From the NCBI GenBank assembly GCA_021736185.1, contig JAIPGJ010000003.1, positions 1 through 63,478 of the forward strand: a stretch of 63,478 nucleotides of DNA, in the 5' to 3' direction. Origin of the DNA: Fidelibacterota bacterium. Its GTDB lineage: Bacteria; Fidelibacterota; UBA8477; JABMPR01. The notes under the pieces were generated by a model, which ran no database searches, was not told the origin of the DNA, and was given only the letters and a program-made list of their open reading frames with translations. Positions 9,881 through 19,317 of the stretch are shown here, piece by piece (the first letter of the stretch is position 1; each line of letters begins with the position of its first letter). The translations under genes and the position numbers were made by a program.

Positions 9881-12800
9881 CACCAGATTCCGATTCTTGT
9901 ATATTTACTCTCAAGACTTTCTCAATATTGCTGGACAGTGCCTGCCCTTGATGAAACAGTTGAACATTCATAAGGAGTTCACGGATACCAATGACACCTT
10001 CTGGTGCATGTATTTGAACTGGCGACACAATTTCCAGGCCACCCACTGCAAGCGATTGACTCCACGATTTCATAGTACCGGCAACATCAACATACTCTAA
10101 ATCAGTTGGAAGGGCCAGTGTAATAGAGATGGAATCAGCAGTAGCATATGCTGGGTAACTCAAGTTTAATAGCAGCGTGGATGATTGAGCAGCAGGTATG
10201 GCGAGAGCAGAATCAGGTGACATGTGTTCCAACGCATTCACAGGGATAACGATCTTTTGCTTGAGAGACTCTTTGATGACATCCAGTTCAAGTAGTGCAG
10301 CCTCACCGACCTCAGCATTTACCAATACTTCCACGCGACGGTTCTTTGCACGACCACTCCAGGTTTCGTTGTCTCCCGTTGGGTAGTGAGGACCCAATCC
10401 ATGAGTATGTATATTCTCAGGATTCAAATTGTAATTCTCAATCAGGAAATTCTTGACACTTATGGCTCTCCAGTCAGACAGCAACATGTTGAAGTCCAGA
10501 CTACCCCGGTCATCGGTAAAACCTTCGATAACGATTTCAATATCTGGCTGCCACGAGAGGAAGTCACCTAGTTTACGAAGACTTGGATAAGCAGAAGGTT
10601 TCAAGTCTGCAGATCCAACATCGAATTGGGTACCCTCAAGAATCATGTTGAAAGAAAGCGTTTCAACCAGGGTTGAGATACGGGTTTCCAGAGTATCTGT
10701 GACAATCACATTTCCATCTTCATCCATGAGTTCAAGATGGGCGGCAACGATACCAGAATTTTGCACTAATTCATAATCATCTGGCTTCATGGCAACATCA
10801 AATTTTGAATGCTTTTCAGCTGCCCAGTCACCCAAACTCCAGGTATCAGTCACATTTGCATGAGAAATTGGTTCGATATTGATTGAATCTATTGTGGCCG
10901 TACCAGGTTTGTATATAAAGCCTGGAGGCAATTCTTGTTTAAAACGTACACGGCTAACAGCTATCTCTCCTGTGTAATTGATATCATACATGAACTCAAG
11001 CTGGTTAAATTCAGAATCATCTTCTGAGGCATTATAGAAAACCATTTCCACACGGCGATTCAAGGCACGGCCTTCAGCTGTGCTACCGTCAGCGATTGGT
11101 TCAGAATCACCCATGCCGGTTGCTGTGATGCGAGATTCACTAATACCCATGGTTTGCACGAGATAACTCCTGATCGCCTGTGCTCTGGTCTCTGAGAGAG
11201 CCATATTGTCAGCAAAGGTGCTGCCAGCTGCCAGAGGAACTTGATCAGTATGACCTTTGATGTCTAGATTGATCTGGGTCTGCCAGTTCATGAGCTCGCC
11301 AATATTTCTGAGTTCATTAAAAATTTCACTTTGCAGGGTAGCTGAGCCAGAAACAAAACCGATTCTGACCAGGAGGCTCCATGGTTTATAAACCAGGAGT
11401 CTAAATTCTTCAGTGAGCATCTCCGTTTTCATTTCCAGAGTTGACTCTTTGCTTAGTACGCTGAAAAGTTCTAATTTTTCCAATGGAATGTTAATATTAA
11501 TACTGTCACCTGAGTACAGGGTTGCATTCCAGATATTTGCTGCCATCCCGAGAGAATCCACTGTAGAATCAACAGTGAAAAGTCTACCATAAGAGGGCAA
11601 ACTGCTTTGATCAACGCGCAGGGTCAAATCGCCCAGAGCGGTTTTCTCGAAGGTAAATCTACCAAGGCTGTCAGTCATCATGGATCTTGAATCATTCAAG
11701 ACCATAACGAGATTTGGCTGAACGTCTTCATCTGGATCAAAAATCCCATTCCGATTCAAGTCGTAGAAAGCTGTACCCGTTAGTTTTCCAGGCATGGATA
11801 CACCACGAAGTGCGAAATTTGATTTGGCAATACTTGCAGCTGCCACTCTTACCATCTTACTCTGAGTATCACCCAAATAGTCAGGAGAGTCGAGAATAAT
11901 TTCGCTCAAGGCAGGCAGAGAGCGTTCGTTGACACGAATAACATGCATACCAGCTTCAACGTCAGGCACACTGTATTTTCCAAATTCATCGGTGATGATT
12001 CTGGCGCCATTTTCCATAATGAGTTCGACATCTTTTACTGTCTCTTCATTCTCATCATGAATGCCATTTGCATTGCTATCGTAATAAACCTTTCCAATGA
12101 TGAGACCGCGGTCACTAAAGAGACCGGGTTTTACTACAACATCAGCCAATGCCAAATTGGAGATAACAGGGAAGCCCAGCAGGGTGTGTGCCCTGGCCAT
12201 AACTTCATTTGTATTCGTTCCTTCTCGGCTGTTCACACCGGCAATAATGCGATACTTCATGATGAAGGTTTCACCGGGGTGCAGTGTATCACCAATCGTC
12301 CAGGACATGGCTAATCGTTTACCCACAGCCTCCTGAATGATGGGATCATCAATTTTCGAACCATTCCAGTAACTACTGTTCTTGCGGAATTTAAAACCGT
12401 ATGGCAGGACATCTTCAACGATAAAGTCATGAATAATATCATCCGTACTTGAATTGGTCAATTTAACGGTATAGGTAACAACGTCACCGATTTCAATGAC
12501 TCGACGATTACTCTGCTTCTCAATTTTCAGGAAGGGGAAGATGATTTTTGTCTTCGCCTTTGATTTAAGATTCCGGTTACTCCAGGTACTATCAACAGTA
12601 CTTGCAATCAGCGCTTTATTCTGAATCCAGCCCAGACCAGCTTCCAGAGTGATTCTGGCATCAAAATCGATATGGAGTGAATCACCGATCTGAATACCAT
12701 TTCTTCTGAAGTTCATTTCATTACTCAAGGGATCAAGACCATCATAAATCGTATTCATATCAGTCTCAACAGTACTTTCGATTAACTCAAGCCCGTTGGG

Positions 12801-15800
12801 AAGGTAATCAGTGATCCAAACTGAGTCGGTGAATGTGACATCCTGCGTCCCAAAATCCAGTCGATAATGGAGTGTATCGCCAACAGCTGCTTCAATCTTG
12901 TCCACTGTTTTAACCATGTAGAACGGTGAACTTCTCAAAGTCACATTGGCATTCACCACATAGAGACCTGGGGTTGTAAGATTAACATCCAGACCACCAT
13001 CACTATATGAACTAATTCCATTGTAAATAACCTGTAAGGTATAGGTACCAGGGAATAGGTTGGTAAAAAAGTATTTACCTGTCGTATCTGTGTAGGTCGA
13101 ATCCGTCATATGATGATCAGCAGTTTTTCTAAGTACGGCGGTCGTGTCAGTAGCCTGACCGCTCACAATGACAAGGATACTATCTTCAGCGATAATTTCA
13201 CCAGTAAGCTCATCATATAACCATCCAGAGATAGAATTAAGATTGGTCACCAGCGAACCTTCACTAGGTGTTTGAATCTCAATCTCCTGGACCGTTTCGT
13301 AAGGAACACCATTTTCCCCAATCAGGGTATAGATGATCTGATAAAGAGCATCTTCATAGATAGGAATCAGGTAATACCCATTTGCGTCTGTGCTGTCATG
13401 TCCGGCGTAGGCACCTGTAGCAGCATATCTTAATTCGACTCTCACACCTTTTTGTGCAAGACCTTGATAGTTATAGATAATTCCATCAAAGGCACCGATG
13501 ATGAAAACGACTTGACTTGTATCATCAGCAAATTCGGTTGGTGCGAAGACGGCTCTGGCATAAGGAGTTGCAGTTACAGATTCAAAAGTGACTGTATCCG
13601 CGACCAAGGTACTATATGCTATACCGTCCACGGTGGATGAACTGCTTACAGAATCAGGGATGGTTCCCCGGTCTGTATAGAAGTTCACGTTCACGCCATC
13701 AGGAACCGGATTGCCCAGGAATGAATAGACATGGGCAGCCAGTGTTGATGTGGCAGCACCATTCCCAAGGATCATTCTTGGTTGTGCATCAAGAACAATA
13801 CTCAGTGGAAGGATATTGGTTGTAACTGCTTCGGCAGGAATCGGGTCTGCTTCATTTGAAACTAACCAGGCACGATTTCCTACTTGAGCACCATGCTCCA
13901 ACAAATCGTCTACTGTCGTTGTGACCTGAAAGTGTTCGGCTTGCTCAACCATCAGCGGTCCGACATACCATTGGAGTGAATGCGAGACTGCATCATAGAT
14001 ATAATCTCCAGTAGCACTGAGGAAAGTGACTCGAGAATCGAGTGTATCCAAAATGCTCACTCCACTTGCATGATCCGTTCCCCAGTTGGCCACATCCAAT
14101 TGATAATTGATTGTGTCGCCAGGGAAAACTTCCAAATCTGCAGCTTTTGTAAACACAAATTCAGGAGCCGCCTGGACAATTGCTAACCAGGTCGCAGTGG
14201 CTTGTACAACCTCATTTGAATAGATGTAGGCTGTATTCGGTAATTCCATACCATTGGGAAGTGGATAGTTCACTTCAACATCAATGGTAAACTCGTTTGC
14301 AGGTTCACTCCTTGAAGAAATACGATCCGATTCACCTAAGGGGGCAACATGGATTTTTCCAGAGCTGCGCTCCGCTTGAGTCGGTTCAAGGTCACCAATA
14401 TACCATGTCACAGAGTGATTGGTTGAATCGTAGACACCGCCATTAGAGGCGCCCAGGAAACTGACTTCTTCGGGCAGTGAGTCTACAACAACAACATTGG
14501 TTGCAGTTGTATCGCCCACATTTTCAAAGGATAGGTCATATCGGATAAGTTCACCAGCCATGATATACGTGGTATCACCGATGAGAACGATGTTCATCAC
14601 TGGAGCACGCACAATAACATGATGTGTCGCAACACTTTGGTCACCTTGGTCACAAGAGAGGAGACCGCCAACAGGAATTTGTGCAGCTCCACTAAAATCA
14701 TCACGAACCTTTGCGGTGATATTCACAAAACCAGAATCACCAGGAGTCAAATCCTCGAGATTCCAGATAATGATTCCCGTTTCAGAATCGTAAGTATGAT
14801 TAGCAGTCGCACTGAGATATTCCAGATAAAGTCCAAGCGTATCCCTAAGCATAACGCCCGTAGCTGTTTCCGTTCCCGTGTTGCCATAATCGAGTCTGAG
14901 TTGCAGTGTATCCCCTGCCATCACCGTGCGAGTTCCACTGATCTCAAGGAATAGTCCTGGAGCAGATTGAACTTCAGTCGTGACAGTAGAGTGACTTACA
15001 CTTCCCTCAACACAAGATAGGTGTGCAGTGTTTTTCAGCGTCGTGCCATCAATAACCGGGTAGTCTACATAAGTGACCAGTCTCAGCGTCTCAGTGGCAC
15101 TCGAGGCAATCTCATTCACATTCCAAAGAATGCTATGAGATGCTTCATCATAAGTAAAATCACCAGAGGATGAACCAAAGGAAACATGTTCGGGAAGGGT
15201 ATCAATCAAGGCTACATCATGGGCCATTGAGTTTCCAGTATTACTCATTATAAATGTGTAAACCAGTGAATCCCCTGCCTGGACAGATTCAGATGCTAAT
15301 TTCTCCAATGTCAATTCAGGGAAGGCTGCCAGTGATACAATATGATCACCGTAGCTCGTGCCTGCATTGGCAGTTGAGATCCAAGCTCTGTTTGTGATTT
15401 CAGGTCTGGCTTCCAGAAGGGAGCCAACGGTAGTAACGACGTTCAGGGTTACAGTATTCCCGGCATTCAGAGTACCAAGTGTCCAGACAACAACCCCATT
15501 TGCAAAAGAGGCACCATTGGATGCTGATACAAATTCCAGAGGTTCTGGAAGCGTATCACGCACTGTGGGGACATGCACAGGATCCGGTGAATTATTATCG
15601 ATGGTAATCGTAAATTCAACGGTATCACCAAACGCATATTCCCGATCCTCAGCCCATTTACTAATGGTCTGAATCCAGGGATTTGCATAGGAGTGAGCAG
15701 AAGCGTCTTTCGAAACTCCCTGTGCATTCTCAGCGGTCGCAGTGTTGGTTAAGTCTGTATTGGCTGGCATACTTGCATCAACGATAACGGCGAGAGAGAC

Positions 15801-16556
15801 ATTTACAGAATCTCCCGGCATCATTTCGCCAACATTCCAGGACACGGTTCCATCCACAAATGTTCCCGAGTGGGATGCACTTACAAATGAAATGTGTTCT
15901 GGCAATTCATCATGAATGATTGTTTCAGTTGATGGGATATTGCCAGTATTGTATACATTAATAGTATAGTGAGCTGTATCTCCAATAGCAGATACATCCT
16001 CAGCTACCATTTTTGTAATCAATAGATCTGAATGTGCACCGATGTTTACATCAGCTGATTCACTAGCGAGAAGGAAACCATCAGGAACGGCTAACCAGGC
16101 TGTATTTGATACCACCTCATCGGCCAACAGGTTTTCATCTACCAGAACTTCAATTTCATATACCAGTGTCTGGCCTCCAGCGATGCTGGCGACGTTCCAA
16201 ACTGCTATTTGATTTGATACACTGGCCTCGGGTGTACTTGAAATGATATCAAGTCCCGAGCTCAGGGTGTCTGTGATAGTAAACGGTGCAGGGGAAGTAT
16301 TCCCCGAATTTGTAACAGTGATTGTATAGGTCAAACTCTCGCCAGGTGCAACAACTGTTGCACTTGCGATCTTGGAGATTGCCAGTTGATACCCCTCAGA
16401 TACGACCGTAGAGATCGCGTTTGAATAACCAACAAATGTTGCCCCGCTGCCATCCTGATGGGATGACTGGGCAATATTGTTGATCTCGGTACCAACTGGA
16501 ACCTGACCAAAGACCACGGCTCCCATGAGGGAGATTAAGGCGAGAAATCGTCTCAT
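9873..16556 (-). CDS. Giant secreted repeat protein: about 9 DUF11 repeats, Big-like, CarboxypepD_reg-like and SdrD-B-like domains, and two C-terminal OmpA-like domains
   Basis: Signal peptide MRRFLALISLMGAVVFGQ. Repeated blocks such as GDSLVYTFIMSNTGNSMAHDVALIDTLPEHVSFGSSSG...ILWNVNEI. Motifs YYDSNANGIHDENE and FYDLNRNGIFDPDED. OmpA motifs RALNRRVEMVF (about nt 11041-11075) and RAKNRRVEVLV (about nt 10320-10343). Confidence 0.8.
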   Translation of the reverse strand: MRRFLALISLMGAVVFGQVPVGTEINNIAQSSHQDGSGATFVGYSNAISTVVSEGYQLAISKIASATVVAPGESLTYTITVTNSGNTSPAPFTITDTLSSGLDIISSTPEASVSNQIAVWNVASIAGGQTLVYEIEVLVDENLLADEVVSNTAWLAVPDGFLLASESADVNIGAHSDLLITKMVAEDVSAIGDTAHYTINVYNTGNIPSTETIIHDELPEHISFVSASHSGTFVDGTVSWNVGEMMPGDSVNVSLAVIVDASMPANTDLTNTATAENAQGVSKDASAHSYANPWIQTISKWAEDREYAFGDTVEFTITIDNNSPDPVHVPTVRDTLPEPLEFVSASNGASFANGVVVWTLGTLNAGNTVTLNVVTTVGSLLEARPEITNRAWISTANAGTSYGDHIVSLAAFPELTLEKLASESVQAGDSLVYTFIMSNTGNSMAHDVALIDTLPEHVSFGSSSGDFTYDEASHSILWNVNEIASSATETLRLVTYVDYPVIDGTTLKNTAHLSCVEGSVSHSTVTTEVQSAPGLFLEISGTRTVMAGDTLQLRLDYGNTGTETATGVMLRDTLGLYLEYLSATANHTYDSETGIIIWNLEDLTPGDSGFVNITAKVRDDFSGAAQIPVGGLLSCDQGDQSVATHHVIVRAPVMNIVLIGDTTYIMAGELIRYDLSFENVGDTTATNVVVVDSLPEEVSFLGASNGGVYDSTNHSVTWYIGDLEPTQAERSSGKIHVAPLGESDRISSRSEPANEFTIDVEVNYPLPNGMELPNTAYIYSNEVVQATATWLAIVQAAPEFVFTKAADLEVFPGDTINYQLDVANWGTDHASGVSILDTLDSRVTFLSATGDYIYDAVSHSLQWYVGPLMVEQAEHFQVTTTVDDLLEHGAQVGNRAWLVSNEADPIPAEAVTTNILPLSIVLDAQPRMILGNGAATSTLAAHVYSFLGNPVPDGVNVNFYTDRGTIPDSVSSSSTVDGIAYSTLVADTVTFESVTATPYARAVFAPTEFADDTSQVVFIIGAFDGIIYNYQGLAQKGVRVELRYAATGAYAGHDSTDANGYYLIPIYEDALYQIIYTLIGENGVPYETVQEIEIQTPSEGSLVTNLNSISGWLYDELTGEIIAEDSILVIVSGQATDTTAVLRKTADHHMTDSTYTDTTGKYFFTNLFPGTYTLQVIYNGISSYSDGGLDVNLTTPGLYVVNANVTLRSSPFYMVKTVDKIEAAVGDTLHYRLDFGTQDVTFTDSVWITDYLPNGLELIESTVETDMNTIYDGLDPLSNEMNFRRNGIQIGDSLHIDFDARITLEAGLGWIQNKALIASTVDSTWSNRNLKSKAKTKIIFPFLKIEKQSNRRVIEIGDVVTYTVKLTNSSTDDIIHDFIVEDVLPYGFKFRKNSSYWNGSKIDDPIIQEAVGKRLAMSWTIGDTLHPGETFIMKYRIIAGVNSREGTNTNEVMARAHTLLGFPVISNLALADVVVKPGLFSDRGLIIGKVYYDSNANGIHDENEETVKDVELIMENGARIITDEFGKYSVPDVEAGMHVIRVNERSLPALSEIILDSPDYLGDTQSKMVRVAAASIAKSNFALRGVSMPGKLTGTAFYDLNRNGIFDPDEDVQPNLVMVLNDSRSMMTDSLGRFTFEKTALGDLTLRVDQSSLPSYGRLFTVDSTVDSLGMAANIWNATLYSGDSININIPLEKLELFSVLSKESTLEMKTEMLTEEFRLLVYKPWSLLVRIGFVSGSATLQSEIFNELRNIGELMNWQTQINLDIKGHTDQVPLAAGSTFADNMALSETRAQAIRSYLVQTMGISESRITATGMGDSEPIADGSTAEGRALNRRVEMVFYNASEDDSEFNQLEFMYDINYTGEIAVSRVRFKQELPPGFIYKPGTATIDSINIEPISHANVTDTWSLGDWAAEKHSKFDVAMKPDDYELVQNSGIVAAHLELMDEDGNVIVTDTLETRISTLVETLSFNMILEGTQFDVGSADLKPSAYPSLRKLGDFLSWQPDIEIVIEGFTDDRGSLDFNMLLSDWRAISVKNFLIENYNLNPENIHTHGLGPHYPTGDNETWSGRAKNRRVEVLVNAEVGEAALLELDVIKESLKQKIVIPVNALEHMSPDSALAIPAAQSSTLLLNLSYPAYATADSISITLALPTDLEYVDVAGTMKSWSQSLAVGGLEIVSPVQIHAPEGVIGIRELLMNVQLFHQGQALSSNIEKVLRVNIQESESGDE

Positions 16557-16621
16557 CTACCGCTCATGGGATTCGTGTGGAGGGTTTTGAACCTAATAAT
16601 CACAACTAACCTTCAATAACC

Positions 16622-18421
16622 TTATTTGATGGTTACCTTGAAAGTCAGGGTGTGCTGATCTGTATCTCCAGCATTGGCAGCAGGAATGGTGTCAAAGTCA
16701 AAAAGAACAGAACTTGCTTCCTTGGAAGCATTATCTGCAGTCTCTCCAGTATCGACAGTATTGTTATCATCATCTGCAGATCCATCTATGGCCATACTTT
16801 CAGCGACATAAGTGGTGTTGGTATTAATGGCATCTGATACAGCAACATTTTTTGCTATACCAGTCCCACTGTTGACAACCAAGATCGTATATGTCAGTGT
16901 GTCACCAGGTGCCGCTTCATTGGCAGTGCCACTATAGTAGGTTGTTCCATTGTGGGTCACTGATTTGACTAGACTCAGAACTGGAGCAGTACATGTTGCT
17001 GAAGCAGATCCAGTTGAGGATGTTGTGGTAGTGGCACCAACTGAGGTTGCAGCAATGAGAATATTTGCATCACTCGCACCGTCAGCTGTTCCAACTGGGA
17101 TAGTACCGATGGCTATATAGTATTCGGTAGAACCTGTGGTTGGTGCTGCCGGTAGCGTTCCAGTTACTGAAATAGCACCAAGTGCTTTCTCAGCAGCTGA
17201 GAGAACACCATCTTTATTACCATCAAGATAAAATACCCATGTCACAAAATCTGATGTATCAGAGAGTGTGAAACTATCATCACCATTGCCATTGTTGGTC
17301 ACGGTGAAGTCATAAACCAGGGTATCTCCGGGATCGCCAGTGAAGTCATAGTCATCACCACCATCGGTTAGAGTAACACCATAGGTCTGTGCAACGGTAA
17401 CATCTCCACCGTCAGGGAAGGTACCAGGATCTTCAGTTGGCACAACAATAGGATAGGCATCTCCACCACCATTCTCATAGGTGTAATTGGGACTGCCTGC
17501 TGGAAATTGAATGCTTGCGCCAGCAGCCAGTGGGTCGTCAAGGATAGCTGTGAACGTGACACAAACTCCGCCATCAGCTGCAAGATTACCCAATTCGAGG
17601 GTCAGTGTACGTGACGGTATGTCATAATAGTAGTTCGTTGTACTATCTGTCTTCACTGTAACAGCACTGCCACCATTGATACTAACAGATGTCAAGGACA
17701 AGGTTGTATTGCTCGGCATGGTGACTTCGTAAACACCATTATAAGCAATCTCGCTACCAGAATTTGTGAAACATGACTCGTAAGTGATTGGGTCACCTGG
17801 TTCGGGATTGTTATTACCGACAATTTCAGTAGTACCACTAACTGTCGCAGCCGTGATGGTTGAGGTCAGTGTAATGGTATCCTTTACAGCCGTGGCAAAA
17901 CTTGAAGTAGCTGTCAAGGTAACAACATGCTGTTCTCCAGAATTACCGCCACCGTCGGTTCTATCCACAACCTTAACAATGAGATTGTAATCTCCGGTAA
18001 AGGCTATGAGGCCTGAACTGGTGATTTCAGTAGATTCATCACTACCATCCAGCACACCTAGAGTACCGCCATCGTGATACACATAAAAATCATAAGTACC
18101 ACCATCATTGGCAGCGCCAGTGGCTCCGATGGTGTAAGTGTCGCTACCGTTACCAGTATTCGACAAGGTTACAGTATACAGGGTTGAGTCCATGGCAGAC
18201 ACATTCGCAGTCTTGTCTGTGCCGAGACTCACACCAGCAACTTGACTCACTGTGGTGGAAACCACTAATGACTCAACTTGAGGCATTGAATTGCCATTGG
18301 CATCTTCATAATTACCAAAGGCTTGGTTTGTGATAACAGTGCCCTCTTGCGTGATGGCACTGGCTGTCGCAACAAGTCCTAACAGGACAAGAACGACGGT
18401 TAAGAAGCGTGTAGGTTTCAT
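16622..18421 (-). CDS. Secreted multi-DUF11-repeat protein (599 aa)
   Basis: Strong SD AAGGAGGG lies 7 nt before the ATG at 18421. Signal peptide MKPTRFLTVVLVLLGLVATASA. DUF11-type blocks, e.g. GDTLTYTILVVNSGTGIAKNVAVSDAINTNTTYVAES. The ORF is open up to 18514, but that 31-aa Lys/Asn-rich extension looks like intergenic sequence. Confidence 0.7.
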   Translation of the reverse strand: MKPTRFLTVVLVLLGLVATASAITQEGTVITNQAFGNYEDANGNSMPQVESLVVSTTVSQVAGVSLGTDKTANVSAMDSTLYTVTLSNTGNGSDTYTIGATGAANDGGTYDFYVYHDGGTLGVLDGSDESTEITSSGLIAFTGDYNLIVKVVDRTDGGGNSGEQHVVTLTATSSFATAVKDTITLTSTITAATVSGTTEIVGNNNPEPGDPITYESCFTNSGSEIAYNGVYEVTMPSNTTLSLTSVSINGGSAVTVKTDSTTNYYYDIPSRTLTLELGNLAADGGVCVTFTAILDDPLAAGASIQFPAGSPNYTYENGGGDAYPIVVPTEDPGTFPDGGDVTVAQTYGVTLTDGGDDYDFTGDPGDTLVYDFTVTNNGNGDDSFTLSDTSDFVTWVFYLDGNKDGVLSAAEKALGAISVTGTLPAAPTTGSTEYYIAIGTIPVGTADGASDANILIAATSVGATTTTSSTGSASATCTAPVLSLVKSVTHNGTTYYSGTANEAAPGDTLTYTILVVNSGTGIAKNVAVSDAINTNTTYVAESMAIDGSADDDNNTVDTGETADNASKEASSVLFDFDTIPAANAGDTDQHTLTFKVTIK

Positions 18422-18510
18422 TTTAAACCCTCCTTGTATTTGCTTCGTTGTTTGATTCATATTTATTTTTGATTCCGGTTTGGAATCATTTTTTTGAAAT
18501 TTTTTATTCA

Positions 18511-19317
18511 TCATTTGCTCACTACTACTAAAAATTCCATGGTTGAGGCTTCACCAGGATTCATGTTTTTCGAAATATTCCATTTGATATGGGTGATCAT
18601 TTCTGGTGTGGCCTCACGCTTCACCAGGATGCCTTTTGAATTCCTCACCGTGTAATACAGAGGCCATGGCATATAGGTACTACCCTGATTCATGGAGAAG
18701 GTGATGTCAGCATCTATTCCCTTGGCACTCTCAGCGACATAAGTCACACCAGCAGGAATGGGGTCGATGATCTCAGGATCCTTCATCAAACCGTCACCGA
18801 TATTTGAAGCAGTTATCACATATCTCAGTGTGTCTCCCGGGATGTAGGTAATCACGGAGGCGTCCTTCTTCTCAGCTTCTGTCATGTTTAGTTTTTGATC
18901 CTCAATGCGGATGTCAAGCTTTGGAGTTCCCTGGCCTAGCGCTAAGGATAACAGCATAATCGCAGCTATTGTGCTTTTCATACTATTGCTGAACACATTT
19001 TTCATTTTACTCTCCTTCAATTCGATTTTCACCACCATTTGACCATGAACTCCGACTCGATCTTTCGAGTATCTTGTCGCTGATTTTTGGTCCATTTCCT
19101 GCGTGAGATTTATCTCACCAGAAGTGTCAATAATCATGTGGCCAGAATGGTTTTGAATTGATGATTTTCTGGTTTTCCAATAACCCATCAGATGGTATCG
19201 ATCAACACTCAACTCTGGTATTGTGCTAATGGCTGAAGCCGGATAGACAATATTTCCTGAGCTGAGATTTCTCTCTCTCATGGTTTGGATGCTGTATGTT
19301 TCGTTTCCTGTTCTCAT
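18511..19317 (-). CDS. Single-DUF11-domain envelope protein (268-aa long form; an alternative 164-aa form starts at ATG 19005)
   Basis: DUF11 block GDTLRYVITASNIGDGLMKDPEIIDPIPAGVTYVAES. A hydrophobic helix STIAAIMLLSLALGQG follows the internal ATG at 19005 (SD AAGGAGAG). The frame nevertheless stays open 104 codons further, to the ATG at 19317 (SD-like GAAGGAA). Confidence 0.55.
   Translation of the reverse strand: MRTGNETYSIQTMRERNLSSGNIVYPASAISTIPELSVDRYHLMGYWKTRKSSIQNHSGHMIIDTSGEINLTQEMDQKSATRYSKDRVGVHGQMVVKIELKESKMKNVFSNSMKSTIAAIMLLSLALGQGTPKLDIRIEDQKLNMTEAEKKDASVITYIPGDTLRYVITASNIGDGLMKDPEIIDPIPAGVTYVAESAKGIDADITFSMNQGSTYMPWPLYYTVRNSKGILVKREATPEMITHIKWNISKNMNPGEASTMEFLVVVSK

Noticed and set aside
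18422-18514. 31-codon N-terminal extension of the 599-aa DUF11 gene, from an ATG that overlaps the upstream stop (ATGA)
   Set aside because: The extension is a Lys/Asn-rich translation of AT-rich spacer sequence. A near-perfect SD (AAGGAGGG) and a canonical signal peptide begin at 18421.
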